Of a stretch of DNA of 47,073 bases, positions 8,733 through 16,067 are shown in pieces. Every line of letters starts with the position of its first letter. Position 1 is the first letter of the stretch. Under the pieces are notes generated by a model. The model made no database searches. It was given only the letters and a program-made list of their open reading frames with translations, and was not told where the DNA came from. The DNA lies in the IMG/VR virus record IMGVR_UViG_3300034420_000032, positions 1 through 47,073 of that record; one strand, 5' to 3'. Made by a program: the position numbers and the translations under genes. The stretch comes from a virus. Taxonomy: Duplodnaviria; Caudoviricetes.

Positions 8733-9245
8733 ATGTTACCTGAACGAATTGTGACTCTGCGGAAGCTCGCGAACGACGCGACAATTGAGTGCAGCGACGA
8801 GCTGACGGAACTCCTACAAGCTTTTGAATCCGCGCAACAGGAGATCGCCGACCTCAAGCGGGGCGGGGTGGTGGTGCCGGAGAATATTGCGGTCGTTCCG
8901 CATGACGGGTTGCTCCTAATTGGATCCAGTAAGGCGCGTCAGGAGCGGCGCAACGTCGTCGGCGCATACTTTGACCGTCTCGGGAATCTCCAGGAGATAC
9001 GCGAAGGGTCGCTATACGATCACCAATTACAGAGCCTCCCACGACTCGCCCGCACCATCCCCGCCGACCGAGTGCTGGGGGAGGGGGAGGAGAAGATTCT
9101 AACGAAGGAACTTGCACTCCTACGCGAGCTGGCCGGGTATCACATGACGACAAATCTCGGGATATCGTTGGCGCTTGCAGACCTGAAAGCCCTCCGCGCC
9201 CAGCCCGCCCAGGAACCCACCACCAACGAAACGAGGACGAAGTGA
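8733..9245 (+). CDS. Hypothetical protein
   Basis: GGAGG RBS; in operon. Confidence 0.65.
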   Translation: MLPERIVTLRKLANDATIECSDELTELLQAFESAQQEIADLKRGGVVVPENIAVVPHDGLLLIGSSKARQERRNVVGAYFDRLGNLQEIREGSLYDHQLQSLPRLARTIPADRVLGEGEEKILTKELALLRELAGYHMTTNLGISLALADLKALRAQPAQEPTTNETRTK

Positions 9246-9448
9246 ACATCAATCCAGGCGATCGAATCAAGCTGACCCGCAACATCTTCCGCTGCAAGGT
9301 CGGAGACGAGGGGGTCTTCAAGGAAATAACGCCGGACAACTTTGCCAGCATTGTCATGGACGACGGATACCAGCTTTGCCTTTCCGACCCGGACGACGTG
9401 ATCGTGATTCCTCAAGGATTCCCTTTACCGCAGGAGAAGTCCACATGA
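9242..9448 (+). CDS. Hypothetical small beta-barrel-like protein
   Basis: GTGA overlap; GAGGA RBS. Confidence 0.65.
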   Translation: MNINPGDRIKLTRNIFRCKVGDEGVFKEITPDNFASIVMDDGYQLCLSDPDDVIVIPQGFPLPQEKST

Positions 9449-9612
9449 TCTACGAAGGTATCTGGTTCAACGAAATCCATGCTGACAAGTTCCTCACCCT
9501 CATGCTCAAAGGCCTCAAACGAGCCGGGGAACGCCACCGCGACAAGCTGAACACGGTGGACGAGGAAGGGAACCTGATAACGCCGGATGCGCCAAAACTC
9601 GATAAAAGCTGA
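9445..9612 (+). CDS. Hypothetical protein
   Basis: ATGA overlap; AGGAG RBS. Confidence 0.6.
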   Translation: MIYEGIWFNEIHADKFLTLMLKGLKRAGERHRDKLNTVDEEGNLITPDAPKLDKS

Positions 9613-9652
9613 GTTTTCTGTAAACTAGAGCACATACGAGCAGAATAATATG

Positions 9653-9679
9653 AAAAGACCTCTAAACGAGGTCTTTTTT
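9653..9679 (+). terminator. Intrinsic, possibly bidirectional terminator
   Basis: AAAAGACCTC-TAAAC-GAGGTCTTTTTT. Confidence 0.85.
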
Positions 9680-10330
9680 ATTGCTTTCAAATAGAATTAT
9701 TAGTTAGATGTGATACAAAATAAAAGGGGATTTGGAGGAGTCTGTCACAGCTAGAGTGAAAGTATGATTGAATGGGCGGTAACTGGGCTATGATAGTGGT
9801 TGTTTGTGCAGGAGTTAGTAGTTAACGTGGGCGGAATGTGATAGGGAACTTGGCTAACTCGATGTGATAAGATCAAATTAAGTGGGGGTCCCAGCCAGAA
9901 ATGGCGAAATAGCGCTAAGTTTTGTCACCGTTAATACGAAACTGTCTAACATAGGAGTTAGTGGTATAGCTATATTTGAAAAAGTCTAATAACGTTTGTG
10001 TTTAGCTGTGACAATGCGTATGAAAACCACCCATCTAGGTATGTCACAACTAGCCAGTAAGTATGTCATAAATCGAAGTTTTAACGCATTAACTATGGTA
10101 GAGTTAATGGATATGTATGTCATAAGAATATTGAGTTTCCACATAGTTGTATCATAAAAAGAAGTAAAGTTACTGATATTTTTATGATAACAAATAAGTC
10201 TATTTGAGTTATACTATACTGGTGATAATACTCTTCGCTAATTTTCAATTTCTGGATATGACCCCCCTTAAACGAAATGAAGCAATAACTTTTCATGAGT
10301 TTCCTATTAGAGCTAGGCTATAGACGATTT
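9680..10330. other. AT-rich non-coding region with short repeats; candidate replication origin
   Basis: No ORF of 60 aa or more in 9680-10290; markedly AT-rich; repeated TGT(C/G)A(C/T)A motifs. Confidence 0.5.
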
Positions 10331-10573
10331 GAAAGAATCTGTCAGACAAGAATTGGATGGATGAGTTGGGAACTGGAGGGGCTACAGCGGGGAAGGGGAG
10401 GGAAGGAGGGTAAGAAGGTAGTCGCCGGGCTCGGAGGCCGCTGTAGGGCTCCCAGGAGGCAGCGGGAGGGTTAGGAAGGAAGTTGAGAAAGGAGTTGCCC
10501 CAATACCCCATGTGGCCATAGATTTGAAGGCTGGACGAGGTTGACGGACAAATCAATACATGGAGGTAGTCAG

Positions 10574-11491
10574 ATGGGTGCGAATCCGAGGAACAAGGGG
10601 AAGAGCGGGGAGTACGAGGTCATCAAGATGTTGCAGATCATCTGCGATGAGATCTGGCGGGAGTTCTGGATGGTAGCCCCTACGCTGCGCCGGAATACGG
10701 CTCAGTACGCCGATGGGGGAGAGGACATCGCAGGGCTCCCCTGGTACGCCGTAGAGGTCAAGCGGTGCGAAACGCTGCAACTGGCCAAGTGGTGGCTCCA
10801 ATGCTCCACAGAAGCCCTCAAATCCCACCCAACAGCACTTGTGGAAACCTTCACCGAAGATTGCCCCAAAAATTGGGCGCTCACTTGCAAACCCTTTGAT
10901 TTTCTGGGTACAAAAAATTCGGGTTTTGACGAGACTTCGGTTGATCTCTACGAGAAATCGGGCAAAACGCCACTATCGGGAAAAATGCCCGAATTATGTT
11001 CACAATCTGTTCACACTTATCCACAAATTGCTAGCCTCTTTCCCGAATTGGACGAAAAACTCAAAAAACTAAACGAAACGCAAAAAACTAAAGAGGACCG
11101 AACCGGTACGGATTTGAATGAGGACCAGAGCGGTACGGATTCCACGGATTCCACGGAGGCCGCAAGGGTTCGCCCATCGCCAAAAATCGATTTTTCCCCA
11201 TCGTTAAACGATAAAAAATTATCGAGAAACGATAAATCTTCAACACCTTCAACACTTTCTTCCGATTCCAAGCGAGAAGCCTTCGGTTTTGGCACGAAAA
11301 TTCCTATACTCCTTTTCCGCCAGTCCAAACAACGCTGGCGTGTCATGTTGCCCGTCCAGCTCCCTGTTGGAGTCGACGGACGATCGATGTCATCCGTTGG
11401 AGAGATCTCAATCGAGGCGTTCCAGCTATGGCTTAGATCCGATATTCGGGCACGGCTTTTGCAAGTGTACGGCACGCCGCCCATTAGATAG
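10574..11491 (+). CDS. Hjc-type Holliday junction resolvase-like PD-(D/E)xK nuclease with ~150 aa low-complexity insertion
   Basis: GGAGG RBS; RNKGKSGEYEV...GGEDI...AVEVKR..L.KWWLQ, then after the insert IPILLFRQSKQRWRV. Confidence 0.7.
   Translation: MGANPRNKGKSGEYEVIKMLQIICDEIWREFWMVAPTLRRNTAQYADGGEDIAGLPWYAVEVKRCETLQLAKWWLQCSTEALKSHPTALVETFTEDCPKNWALTCKPFDFLGTKNSGFDETSVDLYEKSGKTPLSGKMPELCSQSVHTYPQIASLFPELDEKLKKLNETQKTKEDRTGTDLNEDQSGTDSTDSTEAARVRPSPKIDFSPSLNDKKLSRNDKSSTPSTLSSDSKREAFGFGTKIPILLFRQSKQRWRVMLPVQLPVGVDGRSMSSVGEISIEAFQLWLRSDIRARLLQVYGTPPIR
10996..11025 (+). promoter_or_regulatory. DnaA-box-like trio
   Basis: ATGTTCACA (10996), CTGTTCACA (11007) and perfect TTATCCACA (11017). Confidence 0.45.
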
Positions 11492-11876
11492 ATTCCAGCT
11501 CGTTCAAGTACCACGCCCGGACGGCCACCTCCCGACGAATCCCTTTCCTTCTGCACGCTTCGATGTAGATCGAGGGGAGGGGCTTTCGTGGGGGGTTGAA
11601 GTCGCAACAGAGGCCGTTGAAGACATCGACGGCTTTCGTCACGTCGTTCGTTGCGAGGTAGGGAGCCCGCCAAAAGCCCGCCTGGACCTCGTAGGGGGAT
11701 CGCTTGCCTCTCTGTGTGGCCACGTGTGCCAGCTCTAACAGGTCTACAAGGAGGTCCGCTAGGTCCGGGTCCACCCCATCATGGAGAGCGTTCCGCAGGC
11801 TAGAACGTGCCTCAAACGCCGATTGCAGGCGATCTAAGGCCGATTGCCGATCTTGTGGACTGAGATAGGTAGACAT
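11484..11876 (-). CDS. Hypothetical protein
   Basis: AGGGAG RBS; 130 aa. Confidence 0.6.
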   Translation of the reverse strand: MSTYLSPQDRQSALDRLQSAFEARSSLRNALHDGVDPDLADLLVDLLELAHVATQRGKRSPYEVQAGFWRAPYLATNDVTKAVDVFNGLCCDFNPPRKPLPSIYIEACRRKGIRREVAVRAWYLNELESI

Positions 11877-11894
11877 AGGTTCTCCCTAAACGCC

Positions 11895-11925
11895 TAAAAA
11901 CGCTATCTTTTGGATAGCGTTTTTA
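11895..11925. terminator. Bidirectional intrinsic terminator
   Basis: TAAAAACGCTATC/GATAGCGTTTTTA. Confidence 0.8.
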
Positions 11926-11944
11926 TCGTGCTGAATTGATCGGA

Positions 11945-12136
11945 TTATTTAGTTAGTGATTTTTCTACTAAGCTATGCAAATCCTCTGGAATTGTGATTT
12001 CGACTAGTTGATGATTATAGTAAATCCAAAAACAATTCTTAGCTTCACTGTGATAGACTTGATACCGTTTTCTGTCAATAATGACAGAAATGTTATCCTG
12101 CCCGCCGTTGAAAATGTCGTTATGCTTAAAATTCAT
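11945..12136 (-). CDS. Hypothetical protein (AT-rich)
   Basis: GGAG RBS; 63 aa. Confidence 0.65.
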   Translation of the reverse strand: MNFKHNDIFNGGQDNISVIIDRKRYQVYHSEAKNCFWIYYNHQLVEITIPEDLHSLVEKSLTK

Positions 12137-12152
12137 TTCTCCATGTCCTTTC

Positions 12153-12353
12153 TTAGTGAGTCCGCAGATCTTTAGAAATGTCTTTCAAACGATCGCCGAA
12201 GATGACACCGGGACCGGCGACAGGGCAGGTAGATGAATGTACGGCAATCCATCCGCTTTTGCCGTTCCTGCGGATCCTCCACGCTCCGGAAAGCGGAGCG
12301 TATCCGATATAACCCTCTCCATGTTTTCGGCGTTCAATGTTTCCGTACATCAT
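12153..12353 (-). CDS. Hypothetical protein
   Basis: ATGA overlap; GGAG RBS. Confidence 0.6.
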   Translation of the reverse strand: MMYGNIERRKHGEGYIGYAPLSGAWRIRRNGKSGWIAVHSSTCPVAGPGVIFGDRLKDISKDLRTH

Positions 12354-12631
12354 CCGTTCTCCCATTTGTCGAAATAGTATTGATCGTCGCGAGTCGGGAA
12401 ATTCTCTCGCGCGTGTTCGTATGCCGCTTCCACGGAATAGAAGCCCCAGCAAGAATTGATTTCCACGCCTTCGGATTTAGTGACGAATCCGACGACTTCG
12501 CCATTCTGCCAAGTCTTGAGCGTTTCTTCGTCCAGCTCGTCGTCGCCCCATGTACGAGGATCTTCTGCGGTTTCGTCCGGATAGATTTCGACCGTGAAGT
12601 CTCCGAATTTCTTCGATTCGATGAGATACAT
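12350..12631 (-). CDS. Hypothetical acidic protein
   Basis: GAGG RBS; EINSCWGFYS motif. Confidence 0.7.
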   Translation of the reverse strand: MYLIESKKFGDFTVEIYPDETAEDPRTWGDDELDEETLKTWQNGEVVGFVTKSEGVEINSCWGFYSVEAAYEHARENFPTRDDQYYFDKWENG

Positions 12632-12632
12632 A

Positions 12633-12806
12633 TTACCTCTCCTTCCATGCGTTCGTGCAGCGCGAAGAGCCGTAATAACCCGACCCCGAAAGATGATACT
12701 CTTTCAGGCATCGACGGTATTCTTCGCGTTCATCACGAGTGTTGTACTCGAACTCGTCAACGGTTTCGATTCCGTTTTCGCCCTTGAAGTTGATGTAGCG
12801 TTTCAT
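12633..12806 (-). CDS. Hypothetical protein (57 aa)
   Basis: Manual translation MKRYINFKGENGIETVDEF...SSRCTNAWKER; ATGA overlap. Confidence 0.65.
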   Translation of the reverse strand: MKRYINFKGENGIETVDEFEYNTRDEREEYRRCLKEYHLSGSGYYGSSRCTNAWKER

Positions 12807-12967
12807 TTCGTACCCTTTTCCAGTTTGACGATTAGCTTTTCGATGGTGGTGTCCACGTCCACGGCATCATTGTGAAGCATTCCGAAAACGTCGCCGTCGT
12901 AATCAAAAGCCTTGTCGATGATAGGCTTTATTGATTTGAGCAACGACAAAAGTTCTTTGTCATTCAT
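12803..12967 (-). CDS. Hypothetical protein (54 aa)
   Basis: Manual translation MNDKELLSLLKSIKPIIDKAFDYDGDVFG...; GAGGA RBS. Confidence 0.6.
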   Translation of the reverse strand: MNDKELLSLLKSIKPIIDKAFDYDGDVFGMLHNDAVDVDTTIEKLIVKLEKGTK

Positions 12968-12970
12968 TGT

Positions 12971-13318
12971 TTAAATCCTCTGTGCTTCGGGAAAGGCGTA
13001 TCCGTCGTTATAGAGAACGTAACCCAACTGGTTCAAGGTATGGAATATCATATCCATTCCGCATCCAGATACCTTAATGGCGCATTCCTTGTCACAGTAG
13101 CCCCATTCCAGGGCAACCGCGATATATCGGGAAATACGATAGAGGCGATATGATTCTTTCCCGTCGGGTTGGGTGTCCTTCCCGATCGTGTAGAAACTGA
13201 TCTTTCGCGACATTCCCGACCGCGACACGCTGGTCACGTTCGCGACAAGTCGCGTCCCTGCAGGAATCAGACTCATCAAAGTTTTGCGAGCTTCTTCGAT
13301 TTCTTTCTTCTTGTACAT
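12971..13318 (-). CDS. Conserved phage hypothetical protein
   Basis: VSRSGMSRKISFY...VSGCGMDMIFH motifs; GAGG RBS. Confidence 0.75.
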   Translation of the reverse strand: MYKKKEIEEARKTLMSLIPAGTRLVANVTSVSRSGMSRKISFYTIGKDTQPDGKESYRLYRISRYIAVALEWGYCDKECAIKVSGCGMDMIFHTLNQLGYVLYNDGYAFPEAQRI

Positions 13319-13320
13319 GA

Positions 13321-13656
13321 TTACACCTCTTCCTTGTAAGTACGATTCACGACGAGGTAAACGCCTTCCCGTGCGAATTCCTCATGCGTGTGATGAGTCT
13401 TGCGAATCTGATACGCAAAACGTGCAGCGGAGTTGTCATAGCAGGTGCAGCAGAACGGTCCTATGCGGTCGCCCTCCTGCGCCTGGGCATACTTGGTTAC
13501 ATCGTAGGTATCGGCCACGGGACGCCTGCCCTTGACCATCGTGAGAGGCAAGCCGACCATATGGTTCGGGAAGCGCTCCCACTTGCCCGAATACGTGTCG
13601 AATCCCTCATCCATGTACTTGATTGTGTCGAGGCTCTTCAGTGGTTCGTAATGCAT
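13321..13656 (-). CDS. Hypothetical protein, first gene of the leftward accessory operon
   Basis: AAGGGGG RBS and an upstream promoter. Confidence 0.7.
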   Translation of the reverse strand: MHYEPLKSLDTIKYMDEGFDTYSGKWERFPNHMVGLPLTMVKGRRPVADTYDVTKYAQAQEGDRIGPFCCTCYDNSAARFAYQIRKTHHTHEEFAREGVYLVVNRTYKEEV

Positions 13657-13680
13657 TGTGCGCCCCCTTCTTATACCTAT

Positions 13681-13709
13681 AATCTACGCTTTAATGGAGA
13701 GGAAAGCAA
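13681..13709 (-). promoter_or_regulatory. sigma70-like promoter
   Basis: TTGCTT-17bp-TAGATT. Confidence 0.65.
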
Positions 13710-13965
13710 CAGTTAGAGCGTAAATATGTTAGAGCTAGATGATTTTGTTTGGAGTAATGAACGATTGAGTAGTATTGTTGGGAAACTTGGAAGGTAGGGA
13801 AGGGTATACACCCCGAAAAACGGAGGGCGGGGGATCGGGTGGGCACTGCACCGCCAGATTTCCCCGCTAGGCGACCCTCTAAATTTAACACTCATTTAAC
13901 ACACTCACATTCCAATTATCCCTGTCACCCATAATCATTATCTATGTTATTCCTAGCCTATAATA

Positions 13966-13990
13966 GAAAAAGGGACTATCGCTAGTCCCT
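13966..13990 (-). terminator. Intrinsic terminator
   Basis: AGGGACTA/TAGTCCCT stem with a T-tract on the minus strand, after the 14026 gene. Confidence 0.7.
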
Positions 13991-14025
13991 CTCTTCAAAT
14001 ATCCCCCGGCTATTATACCTGGGTA

Positions 14026-14253
14026 TTAAATCAGTTCCATGTCGTCTTCGCTGCGGATGTACTCGCCGATACCTTTGCGCGGCATGACCACCCACATATC
14101 CTCGCCTCGACCTACAACGGCATCAACTACGAAACCTTCCGTTGGAACTTTAATTGCACCTTTGCTGTAAGAACATCCGATCAAGGAAAACCGCACCTTC
14201 GCCCCGATCTTGAACTCCTTCTCCTCGGGCTCGTAAATCTGTGCGTCAGACAC
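14026..14253 (-). CDS. Hypothetical protein
   Basis: GGAGG RBS; 75 aa. Confidence 0.6.
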   Translation of the reverse strand: MSDAQIYEPEEKEFKIGAKVRFSLIGCSYSKGAIKVPTEGFVVDAVVGRGEDMWVVMPRKGIGEYIRSEDDMELI

Positions 14254-14620
14254 GTTTACCTCCGTGCCTGAACCCGCGAGTTTTGTTCTTTTCGAGCTTG
14301 GCTCGGATCGCAGTCTCGATGTTCAGTCCGAGTCCTTCCGAACAATCGACAACCCGAATGACAACGTCGGCGAGTTCTTCGATGAAGTTGTCTATGTCAC
14401 CCTTCCGGAAAGCCTCCAATGCTTCGGACACCTCGCTGTGAACGAGAGCCAAAACCCCCGGGATCTTGTACGTGTCGGCCCACTGTTCCGGCTTCATCAC
14501 GTTCCAGCCGTTCGCAGTGTTGATCTCGATGATCTCTTCCCCGAGAGCCTTGAAGAATGGTTTCTTCTTCACCTCTTCGATCTCCCATTCGCCGAACTCA
14601 GCACTCGCACATGTGGCCAC
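14246..14620 (-). CDS. mazG: MazG-like nucleotide pyrophosphohydrolase
   Basis: LVHSEVSEALEA...EELADVVIR...KLEKNKTRGFRHGGK; AGGAG RBS. Confidence 0.85.
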   Translation of the reverse strand: MATCASAEFGEWEIEEVKKKPFFKALGEEIIEINTANGWNVMKPEQWADTYKIPGVLALVHSEVSEALEAFRKGDIDNFIEELADVVIRVVDCSEGLGLNIETAIRAKLEKNKTRGFRHGGKRV

Positions 14621-14661
14621 TGATTTACTCTCCTGGTTTGGTTGGTCCCGGTGTTCCGGTT

Positions 14662-14696
14662 ACGTTAAATTTAACGTCTGCTACTTGAATTTGCAT
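14662..14696 (-). promoter_or_regulatory. Putative mazG promoter overlapped by palindrome ACGTTAAATTTAACGT
   Basis: ATGCAA-17bp-TAAATT; palindrome at 14662-14677. Confidence 0.55.
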
Positions 14697-14872
14697 GCGG
14701 GGATTCGGGCCACACTGGCGTTGACGGAGTCGAGTCGCCACAGGGAGTCGAGGCAGGCACGCTGTTCCTCGTACTTGCGCAGCTCGGAGCGCTGCTGCTC
14801 GTTCAGGGGCATCTCGCTGGCGGTCAGGGCGATGCCCAAGATGCATGTGGAAATCAGGGTTGCGAGTCTCAC
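14681..14872 (-). CDS. Small protein with signal peptide or membrane anchor
   Basis: GTG with GAGGAG RBS; RLATLISTCILGIALTAS. Confidence 0.55.
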   Translation of the reverse strand: MRLATLISTCILGIALTASEMPLNEQQRSELRKYEEQRACLDSLWRLDSVNASVARIPACKFK

Positions 14873-15138
14873 GGTGTTTCCTCCTCGTCTTCGCCAGCGT
14901 TTCTCCATTCCGTGGCCTCCACGTTCTTCGCCACCTCCATTAGCCCGACGCATTCAATCGAGCTACCCTTCTGGTATCTTGCGAAGGCTATCGAGTCTTC
15001 GTCTTTACGGAAAGCAACAAGCAGGACAATGCTTGTCACGTTGTCGAGCTGGCCCGAAATGAAGGTTAGTGCGGATTGACAGGTTTCTTCAATCATTGCA
15101 TCGAATGCGGATCCTTCTCCGGGAACTTCATCCACCAT
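14869..15138 (-). CDS. Hypothetical protein
   Basis: MVDEVPGEG...; overlaps neighbours. Confidence 0.6.
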   Translation of the reverse strand: MVDEVPGEGSAFDAMIEETCQSALTFISGQLDNVTSIVLLVAFRKDEDSIAFARYQKGSSIECVGLMEVAKNVEATEWRNAGEDEEETP

Positions 15139-15319
15139 GACGCACCGCCTTGATGTCGAGTTGGGTTTCGAGGACGCGCTTTCGGATCGCATGAAATCCG
15201 TCGATCTCGTCCTGGGTGAGGACGCTTGCCTGGATCAGGTATTCCCAGGACTCGCGTTCCAGGTACCACAATTTTAGGTGCAACCACGCGAGTCGCACCA
15301 GTCGGATGATCTCGTTCAT
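15128..15319 (-). CDS. Hypothetical protein
   Basis: 63 aa; in operon. Confidence 0.55.
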   Translation of the reverse strand: MNEIIRLVRLAWLHLKLWYLERESWEYLIQASVLTQDEIDGFHAIRKRVLETQLDIKAVRHGG

Positions 15320-15331
15320 CGCCTGCCTTTC

Positions 15332-15679
15332 CTAGGTGTGCCAGATGTTGTCTGATTCGGGGATTTTGGTTTCGAGGTACTTCTTCAGGTCGAATCCGCA
15401 GTCGTCTCCGACGACGCTGCCGATGTCGGGGTAGATGTCGCAGATGTAGCGCAGCATTCGCCAGACACGGATACTGAAGCGAGTGGTGCCGACCAGAAGA
15501 ACGACGAGAGGTTCATTGCCTTGACGGGATCCGACACGAACGTCGGCGTCGGCGTTGATGATCCATGTCGCGGGCTCGCATCCGATCGATTGTTCAGGGA
15601 ACCCATCGTATCGCGGATCGGGGAGTTCCAGGATTTGTCCATCCGGCGTGTGCGAACGCCGAATCTCCAGGGTACGCAT
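15332..15679 (-). CDS. Hypothetical protein
   Basis: AAGGA RBS; 115 aa. Confidence 0.6.
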   Translation of the reverse strand: MRTLEIRRSHTPDGQILELPDPRYDGFPEQSIGCEPATWIINADADVRVGSRQGNEPLVVLLVGTTRFSIRVWRMLRYICDIYPDIGSVVGDDCGFDLKKYLETKIPESDNIWHT

Positions 15680-15971
15680 GTGTGCTTCGTCCTTTTTCGA
15701 GGGCTTCGATCCGATAGTCGGTGAGCACCTTTTCGGTGCGCAAGTCCATCACGGAGGTGAGCATCCACACGCAAGCTCCGAGAATCGCGGGTTGGAGGAA
15801 ACCCAGAATCCAGAGAAGCGTGCGGATGCTCCCTTTCGCGCTTTCGATCATCTTGACGTTTTCTGAGAGGGCGTCCGTCGTCTTGGTGTGGAGATCGAAC
15901 AACGATTGAACGTCAGTCGAGATGTGATTCACGCTGGCGTTGATCGATCCGATTTCCTCATGAACGTCCAT
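15594..15971 (-). CDS. Coiled-coil plus single-TM membrane protein (holin-like candidate)
   Basis: GGAGG RBS; LLWILGFLQPAILGACVWML hydrophobic segment; divergent from terS. Confidence 0.6.
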   Translation of the reverse strand: MDVHEEIGSINASVNHISTDVQSLFDLHTKTTDALSENVKMIESAKGSIRTLLWILGFLQPAILGACVWMLTSVMDLRTEKVLTDYRIEALEKGRSTHAYPGDSAFAHAGWTNPGTPRSAIRWVP

Positions 15972-15988
15972 CCGCACCTCCCTGATTG

Positions 15989-16017
15989 AACTTACGCTCA
16001 AAATAGCACCGACGCAA
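15989..16017 (-). promoter_or_regulatory. sigma70-like promoter
   Basis: TTGCGT-17bp-TAAGTT. Confidence 0.6.
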
Positions 16018-16032
16018 ACAATTTCTAACCCC

Positions 16033-16061
16033 TTGCTAATTTTTCCCAAATCGTGTAGGTT
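16033..16061 (+). promoter_or_regulatory. Putative promoter of the packaging/morphogenesis operon
   Basis: TTGCTA-17bp-TAGGTT, 6 nt before the terS ATG. Confidence 0.55.
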
Positions 16062-16067
16062 AGTGGT

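Noticed and set aside
10830-11290. Intein or group I/II intron in the resolvase gene
   Set aside because: No intein block A or HN-C/S/T terminus, no homing endonuclease motif and no recognisable intron core.
15594-15679. 86-nt overlap between two minus-strand ORFs as a spanin-like nested pair
   Set aside because: No lipobox or signal peptide in the downstream ORF; a simple stop extension is more likely.
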